Virus record (IMG/VR): IMGVR_UViG_3300033495_000700
DNA length: 12,495 nucleotides
DNA from: a virus
Taxonomy: Duplodnaviria > Heunggongvirae > Uroviricota > Caudoviricetes
Reading direction: 5' to 3' (one strand)
Position numbers and translations under genes: made by a program. Position 1 is the first letter of the stretch; each line of letters opens with the position of its first letter. Under the pieces are notes generated by a model. It saw nothing but the letters and a program-made list of their open reading frames with translations. It ran no database searches and was not told the origin of the DNA. Positions 6,302 through 12,495 of this stretch are shown piece by piece.

Positions 6302-6546
6302 ACCAGTTCCTCTACAATGCCCAACACTTCGGCTGCAATCAGTAATGCTCCGCCAATCACAAGTGAACCTTGAATAAATGCAATACCTGCAAGTATTCTA
6401 AGTGCGCTTTTGGCCAGGCTTACATAAAAGTGTCCGCGGCTGGTATCTCGGGGTTGAATTTCTATCATGGGTTTCCTATTTGGGCAACGCCCTTGTTTAT
6501 AATCACAATCTGATTGAACAGAACCGTGACAAGTTTTGCATTTCAT
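6298..6546 (-). CDS. Small membrane protein with N-terminal Cys motif
   Basis: CxxC...C...C followed by hydrophobic ILAGIAFIQGSLVIGGALLIAAEVLGIV. Start overlaps the upstream stop (TAATG). Confidence 0.7.
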   Translation of the reverse strand: MKCKTCHGSVQSDCDYKQGRCPNRKPMIEIQPRDTSRGHFYVSLAKSALRILAGIAFIQGSLVIGGALLIAAEVLGIVEELV

Positions 6547-7019
6547 TATTGTGTTAGTCCACGTTCTACTTCAGCTTTGGCCACACGTCGGCGCAGACTT
6601 GAACTGGAGAAACTATGATCTCTCTTGTTGAACACTAGTTCAATGCCCCGTAGACTACCTTCGTCTCGACCAGTAAAATCTTTGTCGCAGTATTCCACAC
6701 CCAAGATACGTACATCCACCGGTAGGATCAATAACAGGTCAATGAGATCTTGTTCTGTTTGATACACCACAACCTCGTCCACATAGCGGCAAGCGGCCAA
6801 TTGTATTTGACGTTCTACTATGCTTTGTACTGGTGAATTCTTGGTATCTGGGCGATCTATTGTGGGATCAGTTTGTAGTCCAGCAATGAGATAATCACAG
6901 TGATTCTTGGCTTCACTTAACATGGCAATATGGCCAGCATGAAACATGTCAAATGCCGAAAAAACAATCCCAATTTTCTTGCCATCCTTCTTGAGCTGCT
7001 TGATGTGATTGAAAATCAA
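6546..7019 (-). CDS. Cytidylyltransferase, TagD (glycerol-3-phosphate cytidylyltransferase)-like
   Basis: FSAFDMFHAGH (HxGH), LIAGLQTDP, ACRYVDEV, GVEY, RDHSFSSSSLR. Substrate not determinable from sequence. Confidence 0.88.
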   Translation of the reverse strand: MIFNHIKQLKKDGKKIGIVFSAFDMFHAGHIAMLSEAKNHCDYLIAGLQTDPTIDRPDTKNSPVQSIVERQIQLAACRYVDEVVVYQTEQDLIDLLLILPVDVRILGVEYCDKDFTGRDEGSLRGIELVFNKRDHSFSSSSLRRRVAKAEVERGLTQ

Positions 7020-7417
7020 TTGTGTTGCATCCAGTCAGGTTTGGCTTCCACATGAATTGCTGTGGAGAAAGTATCATCGTTGGGCCGTTCATCTGCTACC
7101 ATCATGATATCTTTGGGATCCACACGACGCAGAGTGACCCGGCCGTTCTCATCTTGAACTTCAATACCACGAGTCCAACGCCCATGTTCAATGCAGATCC
7201 ATTGTCCGGGCACAACATCCTTTTGTTCAGGACCCACAGCATACACTTGGCCCCAGCGTGGTCGAATGCCGGTGCTCTTGCCATTGTCGTTGGGAATAAT
7301 AATACCACTTGTGGTGATGCGTGACTCAAAAATCATGTCACTCACAATCACAGAATCGTTCAGTGGTACAATTTGTTGACGTTTTAGTTGGTGTGGCTGA
7401 TAAGCAAATTTAGTCAT
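7016..7417 (-). CDS. groES: GroES/Cpn10-like co-chaperonin
   Basis: IVPLNDSVIV, RITTSGIIIP (mobile loop), GQVYAVGP. Confidence 0.85.
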   Translation of the reverse strand: MTKFAYQPHQLKRQQIVPLNDSVIVSDMIFESRITTSGIIIPNDNGKSTGIRPRWGQVYAVGPEQKDVVPGQWICIEHGRWTRGIEVQDENGRVTLRRVDPKDIMMVADERPNDDTFSTAIHVEAKPDWMQHN

Positions 7418-7819
7418 TTATTCCTCGTTGGGTTGTTTTGCTGCACGAGCCATGGCTGCTGCCAGGCCTGTTGTGGGTTCTTCAACTTGCGGAACTGCTC
7501 CTTGAGCTCTTAGTGCCTGGCGTTGTAATCTTGCTTGCTCTAGTTTTTCTTGGTCAGCTGCTTGAATGGCCGCAACATCTGCATCTTTCTGTGCCTGTGT
7601 GCTGGTAGGAATTGGTCCAGGTACTGCATTGGTGGTGCGATTGAGATTGCGATTGACCTGCTGTGCTCTGGTGGAGATGACGTTGCCATCAGCATCTAGT
7701 TTATCTCCCCGGGCGTTCACTTGCATATTGCCCACAGCTCGAACTTGTTCATTTTGAGCTTGTAATGCACCAAAGTCTACAACTCGACCCTGTGCTGTTC
7801 TGTAAATTTTCTTTGACAT
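7418..7819 (-). CDS. Conserved phage hypothetical protein (MSKKIYRTAQG...VRAVGNMQVNARGD), Ala/Gln-rich tail
   Basis: Start reset to ATG 7819, which has AAGGA upstream and TAAATA at 7837-7842. The longer listed ORF overlaps the polymerase fragment. Confidence 0.75.
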   Translation of the reverse strand: MSKKIYRTAQGRVVDFGALQAQNEQVRAVGNMQVNARGDKLDADGNVISTRAQQVNRNLNRTTNAVPGPIPTSTQAQKDADVAAIQAADQEKLEQARLQRQALRAQGAVPQVEEPTTGLAAAMARAAKQPNEE

Positions 7820-7836
7820 AATGTTTTCCTTAAAAA

Positions 7837-7842
7837 TATTTA
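7837..7842 (-). promoter_or_regulatory. T4-type late promoter core TAAATA, sharing its TAA with the stop codon of the upstream gene
   Basis: cgtTAAATAtttttAAGGAaaacattATG. Confidence 0.55.
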
Positions 7843-8358
7843 ACGCAGAAACTCTGCGATATCTAACTTGTAATGCAGGCTGTCTATTCTGTGTACCCCC
7901 AATAGATACAACACATAGCTGGCTACTGAGCTTCCACGTCCTACACCCCAAATTAGATTGTTTTGTCGCATGATATCTACTAGAAATTTGAGATATCGCA
8001 ATAGGTCAAACAAATCACGTGCTTGATACAGTAATAGTTCTTCCCCTACTCGTTGTAATGCTGCTGGTGATTGGCACAGATTTAACACATGTTCTGCAAT
8101 GTCTAAGTTCTTGTATTGATCTGGCATGAGCCAATTGCTTTGATTTCCATGATCAAATTCTTCTACTGTGATGGTCTGAAAGGCCAGTTTGTTGTATTTT
8201 ACAAACTTAGGAACATTTTCCAAAATCAACACAGACGTTTCCAAATCCACAGTGGCGTCTACCAGCATGCCATCCACTTGCATACTGTGTCCACGCATGA
8301 GCATGTTTACACAGTCGTCTTCATTGTAGATCAGTTGACCCAGATGATCAGTTCTCAT
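7840..8358 (-). CDS. dnaE: Stand-alone fragment of DNA polymerase III alpha (C-family) catalytic subunit
   Basis: RVGEELLLY...YLKFLVDIMRQNNLIWGVGRGSSVASYVLYLLGVHRIDSLHYKLDIAEFLR parallels DnaE RL..EL..I...YFLIV.D...GPGRGSAAGSLVAY.LGIT.IDP...DLLFERFL. Start set at the MRTD ATG (8358). Confidence 0.8.
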   Translation of the reverse strand: MRTDHLGQLIYNEDDCVNMLMRGHSMQVDGMLVDATVDLETSVLILENVPKFVKYNKLAFQTITVEEFDHGNQSNWLMPDQYKNLDIAEHVLNLCQSPAALQRVGEELLLYQARDLFDLLRYLKFLVDIMRQNNLIWGVGRGSSVASYVLYLLGVHRIDSLHYKLDIAEFLR

Positions 8359-8962
8359 CACTAGGAAACTTAGCAAATACCACGGTGTTGGCTGCAGAAT
8401 CAGTAACAGGTGCTGCTGTTCCGCTCCACTCAAGATCTAAATCACGCCAGGTTGGTGTACGATTCAGTTTGACCACTTGTTTTTTGTTGCCTGTGGTGGG
8501 TTTGAAATTGTTATGGTTAGGGCCAGAATCAAACCACCAACCTGGCTCATCGCACGGCCCTATACTTTCTTGATCGCTATGCAAGTACCGAACATTGTCT
8601 CCAAGATTACTTTGTATGGTTATGTCTGTTACTATCATTCGTTGTTCTAGTATTGCGTTGAGTTTGCAGTATAGCATAATACCAATCACTTGGTCAATAG
8701 GCTCTTCGGGCAATGGGGTGATATTAATACCTGCCGTGGTCAACGCCTGCATCTGCTCTTGATTATGGTGTTTGATAAACACAGTGTTGGTAAGTTCGTT
8801 ATACACAAAATGATTCAAACGTGCCAAACTGGTCACATGATCGTCTTGGTCAATAGTGTTGGTATAGATAGACAATTCGGCTGCGTAATCATTGATTTGC
8901 AGACGACCTTCAAACCATATGGCAGCACTCCAGGTCACGTCATATTCTAATCTTACGTTCAT
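8348..8962 (-). CDS. Conserved phage hypothetical protein
   Basis: 204-aa ORF with ATGA overlap to the upstream ORF and an 11-nt overlap with the downstream one. Confidence 0.75.
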   Translation of the reverse strand: MNVRLEYDVTWSAAIWFEGRLQINDYAAELSIYTNTIDQDDHVTSLARLNHFVYNELTNTVFIKHHNQEQMQALTTAGINITPLPEEPIDQVIGIMLYCKLNAILEQRMIVTDITIQSNLGDNVRYLHSDQESIGPCDEPGWWFDSGPNHNNFKPTTGNKKQVVKLNRTPTWRDLDLEWSGTAAPVTDSAANTVVFAKFPSDEN

Positions 8963-9198
8963 GATATATCAATCTTGTTGTTAAATGAGTCGTCTGCGCC
9001 CGGCGGCGGTGCGTTTAGTGCTGTCATTTTTTGTTGATGTTTGCCGTTATAGCTGGCCAACGCCATGCGAATTTGATCACACAGATAACTATTACCCATC
9101 CTATGCGCTATGCTGAGTTTTTTGTGAAGTTCAGAAATTTTTGACCCCAGTTGTTCTACGGTCAAATCTTCTAAATTGTTGATAAACGGGTGTTCCAT
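8959..9198 (-). CDS. Small helical hypothetical protein
   Basis: 79 aa, strong AAGGAG Shine-Dalgarno site, directly downstream of a sigma70-like promoter. Confidence 0.78.
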   Translation of the reverse strand: MEHPFINNLEDLTVEQLGSKISELHKKLSIAHRMGNSYLCDQIRMALASYNGKHQQKMTALNAPPPGADDSFNNKIDIS

Positions 9199-9216
9199 TT
9201 GACTCCTTGCTGAATG

Positions 9217-9245
9217 AGTTTACAGCAACAGTCAACCAAAGTCAA
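9217..9245 (-). promoter_or_regulatory. Sigma70-type (early) promoter
   Basis: Minus strand TTGACT (9245-9240), 17 nt, TAAACT (9222-9217), then AAGGAG and ATG 9198. Confidence 0.65.
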
Positions 9246-9250
9246 CACAT

Positions 9251-10144
9251 TTAGGCAAACACAGCGCCGTTGTTGCCAATGCAAAACCATTTGGAATTGG
9301 TATACATCAAGGTACAGCCAACTCCTCGACTGCTGAATGTGATAGTTCCATTCCCACTGGCTTTCCAACCTGCATTGCTGACCGTGATAACCATGTTACC
9401 AAGAGTAACATCCACAGCACTAAACACTTTGATTTGTCCTGTATATCCTGCTGCCAGGGTAGCTGCCTCTACTGCGGCAGTAGAGAAGTACGAAGTAGTT
9501 TTGGTCAAACTGGCAACGGCACCGGCAGCTAGGTCTTCCGAACTGGGCAGATAAATTGGATCCTGGTTCTGACTGAGATCAAATACTGAAATAGACGCAA
9601 CCACAGCACCACCAGTGCTGCTAGTGAAATCGTATGTGTATGTTCCTGTCTGATTATAAGTGATCACTCCGGCGGCATAGCCTTGTAGATTACTGGTGCC
9701 CACGCTAACAGTATTGGGCAATGTAACTGTATAACCAACATTAGTCACTGTGATTGCCACACGAACTATACCAAAATTACCAGCAGCTGGAAAATTGGCA
9801 AATGCCAACGATATTGATCCACTGGTGGTCACAGTTTGATAGTGACCGTCAACATAGTTAATGGTCACTGTGCCTGATAGAGTGCCTAGATCAGCTGCTA
9901 CTGCACTGAAATCAGAAATATTGGCATTACTCAATGGGCTACCGGCCATGTCGTTGTCCAATACAGTGCCGTTTAAGGCTGCTTTGAGCACTGCGTTGGT
10001 TTGAAGGTCAGTGATCTCGTTGGCTGCATACTGAAAGTTAGTTTTGGTATTGGTGAAGTTATCACGAAAACCTTGACTGTTGTTGTCTTGTCCGGCCACT
10101 GGATAGGTGCCGTCGATGTCGTTTGGGTTAATTGCACTGGTCAT
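9251..10144 (-). CDS. Virion structural protein (baseplate or tail associated)
   Basis: N-terminus MTSAINPNDIDGTYPVAGQDNNSQGFRDNF followed by a short coiled segment, then Thr/Gly/Ser/Ala-rich beta-type domains. Follows a large structural gene; AGGA Shine-Dalgarno site. Confidence 0.7.
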   Translation of the reverse strand: MTSAINPNDIDGTYPVAGQDNNSQGFRDNFTNTKTNFQYAANEITDLQTNAVLKAALNGTVLDNDMAGSPLSNANISDFSAVAADLGTLSGTVTINYVDGHYQTVTTSGSISLAFANFPAAGNFGIVRVAITVTNVGYTVTLPNTVSVGTSNLQGYAAGVITYNQTGTYTYDFTSSTGGAVVASISVFDLSQNQDPIYLPSSEDLAAGAVASLTKTTSYFSTAAVEAATLAAGYTGQIKVFSAVDVTLGNMVITVSNAGWKASGNGTITFSSRGVGCTLMYTNSKWFCIGNNGAVFA

Positions 10145-10153
10145 ATGTTTGTC

Positions 10154-12495
10154 CTACACTAAAATGTTCCTACGGGGAAATACTAGATATTTATCGAATG
10201 CATCTGTGTTGGTATAGATATCTACAGGTGCTTCGAATCGCATACTAGTGTCGTCAAATGTTGTGGCAGTTCCGGATCCAATCACAAGATCAAACTGGGC
10301 ACCTGTACCTGTTCCTATTATGTTGGTACCAGATATATTGTTGAATGCTATATTCAAAGCCCAGACGTTATATGTACCTGCTCCCACTGTGGTTGTGACT
10401 GTCACAACCAAATTACCAGTTATTGCAGAGTAAGAAGTAACTACTCCAAACATGTAATTAGATTGGTCGTACACAATACTTATGTACTGCCCTGGATTGT
10501 AAGATAATCCTGGACTTATATTTAAAGTCTTAGAACCGTTGCCAATGGTCAAATTGGTAATGCTAACTGTACTATATTGTACTAATAACAAGGCAGTACC
10601 TGTATAATTTACTAGGGTTATTGCGCCAGTTGTGGTGTTTATATCTTGAACCGTAATAATTACATCATTTAACACATCTGTGCCACCTAAATTGCTGCCC
10701 AATATCCGTATCTTATCATTAATATTATATCCAGTTCCGCCCACTGCAATTGATGTAATCACATAATGCAGTACCAAATCAAATGTAGTTTCAGCACCTG
10801 GGGGTGTCCATGCACCGTGGGTGGAGTCCGCAATTGGATCCCAATGGATACTGAGCAGTCTATCTAGCTCGTAACGATCAACTTCAAAATCCACCAGGTT
10901 AAGTTGTTGACCAAACTGAGTTCTTATATTATATGCAATTTGTCCCGAAGCTCCTGGATTGCAATAGGCTATGACCCAAGCTGGAGTGAATCCTAATACT
11001 TTTCCATCTGCTTGCTTGCTCAACATCCATAACGGCAATAAGTTTGAAATTTGTCCAACCACATCAATCACTTGATTACGCATGTTGTCCAAGCTGTTGG
11101 GATACACGGTGGTAATCTCTGTGCTGTCACCGGCATTGATTGGGTAAGGTAGTGTGACTTGTTTACTCACGCTGATACCTGAATTATTAACTAAATTATC
11201 TTGTATAGCACTATAGACCACTTCATAAATCACATCGCCAGTTGTGGGATCTATGGCTTGAGCTGTTTTAATTTCGCCCAGTATTAAATTTTTCCAGTAA
11301 TGATTTTCAATCAAACTACTGATATACAGTTCAACTGTTGAACTGGTGAGCCCAAAGCAATGGTCATAAATTACCGAAGTTGCCACACCAAAGTTGGGAT
11401 CTTGAGATCTAAATATCTTGTCCGGTGGAAATATGTCTGAATCCTGAATCAAACTGCTGATCAATGCACGAGTTGAAATTGGTGGCATTGCTTTGATATA
11501 GAGATTTTCGTATGGCTCGTTGTACACCCGTAAAACTTTTACTGTGAATGTTTTGTATACTGATATTTGTCCGTCTGAAGAAAATGCATTTGCTGTGAAT
11601 GTGAATTGACTATCAAATGTGGTCTCCTGTGGAGATTGAATCAAACTGGTGCGTAATTCTTGATCAAAAGTAGTAGTTCCCAGATCCAACGCAAACGTAT
11701 TAAAACTCACTCGGCCGGCAATTTCTCCCGACGGCAACAACGATAATCCCTGTGGTAACTTATTATAAAATCCTGGCACATAATCAGTAGGAGGAATTGC
11801 ACCCGGGCGTAGTCGATACTCTAATGCACGCCCGCCGGTGTTAACAGCTTGAACTTGTAATAAACTAGTTGATCCATTGACGATGCTGCCAAGATCTGAA
11901 TCTGTGAGCCATATTACTTGTGTTTCCACTTGGCCAGTCACAGTCACACTGAAATAGTATGGATCTGAGTGTATCACTGGGTCAGCAGTATCTATCAGAT
12001 AGATAGCAAAGTTATATGTGATTTCGGTAATGCCCAAGTCTGGAAGATATCCATACAACCATCCAGTGAATGGATCAAGTGTGGTACCTGGCGGTAATTG
12101 TAATCCAGCGCCGGGATATTCCAAGTATTCAATTATGTAAGGACCAAATGTTAATCCTTTGAATTGATATGCCCAGAAGTTGTCTGCACGAATTACACCA
12201 AGATCGCTTGGTGCGGCATTGGTCAAGAATGGCGAATAATTTGGAGTCTGTGATGCATCAACAAAAGTGTCATCTGCTGTGATATCTGTAGTAGATGATT
12301 GTAGAGTGGTTCTACTGTAAACATAAATTTGATAATTTCTCAAATCACTGCTTTTGCCATCAGACAAACGTAATGTGAATTGATAATTGGTATTGGGACT
12401 TTGTCTCACAAAGTCAAACGGAAACATATCAAAATTTTGTCCAAGTCTATCAAATCCGCCAGTCTCGTTAATGGGATTGACCGGAATAATATATC
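10154..12495 (-). CDS. Large virion protein with putative Ig-like (He_PIG-type) repeats, baseplate-wedge-like; partial, starts beyond the right edge
   Basis: The frame stays open from ATG 12427 to the window edge (...YIIPVNPINETGGFDRLGQNFDM). Ig-type repeats LPPGTTLDPFTGWLYGY and LPQGLSLLPSGEIAGRV. The TTFD motif occurs four times. Confidence 0.75.
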   Translation of the reverse strand, partial: YIIPVNPINETGGFDRLGQNFDMFPFDFVRQSPNTNYQFTLRLSDGKSSDLRNYQIYVYSRTTLQSSTTDITADDTFVDASQTPNYSPFLTNAAPSDLGVIRADNFWAYQFKGLTFGPYIIEYLEYPGAGLQLPPGTTLDPFTGWLYGYLPDLGITEITYNFAIYLIDTADPVIHSDPYYFSVTVTGQVETQVIWLTDSDLGSIVNGSTSLLQVQAVNTGGRALEYRLRPGAIPPTDYVPGFYNKLPQGLSLLPSGEIAGRVSFNTFALDLGTTTFDQELRTSLIQSPQETTFDSQFTFTANAFSSDGQISVYKTFTVKVLRVYNEPYENLYIKAMPPISTRALISSLIQDSDIFPPDKIFRSQDPNFGVATSVIYDHCFGLTSSTVELYISSLIENHYWKNLILGEIKTAQAIDPTTGDVIYEVVYSAIQDNLVNNSGISVSKQVTLPYPINAGDSTEITTVYPNSLDNMRNQVIDVVGQISNLLPLWMLSKQADGKVLGFTPAWVIAYCNPGASGQIAYNIRTQFGQQLNLVDFEVDRYELDRLLSIHWDPIADSTHGAWTPPGAETTFDLVLHYVITSIAVGGTGYNINDKIRILGSNLGGTDVLNDVIITVQDINTTTGAITLVNYTGTALLLVQYSTVSITNLTIGNGSKTLNISPGLSYNPGQYISIVYDQSNYMFGVVTSYSAITGNLVVTVTTTVGAGTYNVWALNIAFNNISGTNIIGTGTGAQFDLVIGSGTATTFDDTSMRFEAPVDIYTNTDAFDKYLVFPRRNILV

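Noticed and set aside
7820-7951. N-terminal extensions of ORFs 7418-7951 and 7840-8433
   Set aside because: The extensions overlap neighbouring genes; internal ATGs at 7819 and 8358 fit the promoter, Shine-Dalgarno site and gene packing better.
10142-10156. The large virion gene ends in TAG in frame with the next gene (TAG GAC AAA CAT ATG), allowing a readthrough fusion or amber recoding
   Set aside because: In-frame spacing occurs one time in three by chance, the next gene has its own AGGA site, and no gene in the window is interrupted by TAG. Peptides spanning the junction would be needed.
1-12495. tRNA, rRNA, CRISPR array or IS element
   Set aside because: No cloverleaf, regularly spaced repeats, terminal inverted repeats or transposase motifs were seen by eye.

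Overview
This window comes from a large tailed dsDNA phage, probably a myovirus with T4-type TAAATA late promoters. Every supported gene except phoH lies on the minus strand. Reading right to left: the 3' part of a large Ig-repeat virion or baseplate protein and a second structural protein; a sigma70-type promoter ahead of two hypothetical genes and a stand-alone fragment of a C-family (DnaE) polymerase; a translationally coupled late operon (hypothetical, GroES, cytidylyltransferase, three small ORFs); a free-standing PD-(D/E)XK homing-endonuclease-like gene; a fractured clamp-loader gene; phoH on the plus strand; two conserved hypothetical genes; an APS-kinase-like/nucleotidyltransferase fusion; and the start of a membrane protein. 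The main result is the clamp loader (gp44/RFC-like AAA+). It is encoded in two ORFs carrying the N- and C-halves of a naturally split intein inserted just after Walker B. The 136-bp gap between them holds what looks like an internally deleted homing endonuclease gene, with a GIY-YIG-like start and a PEGWIKG-type end. All family calls are motif recognition by eye; no searches were run.
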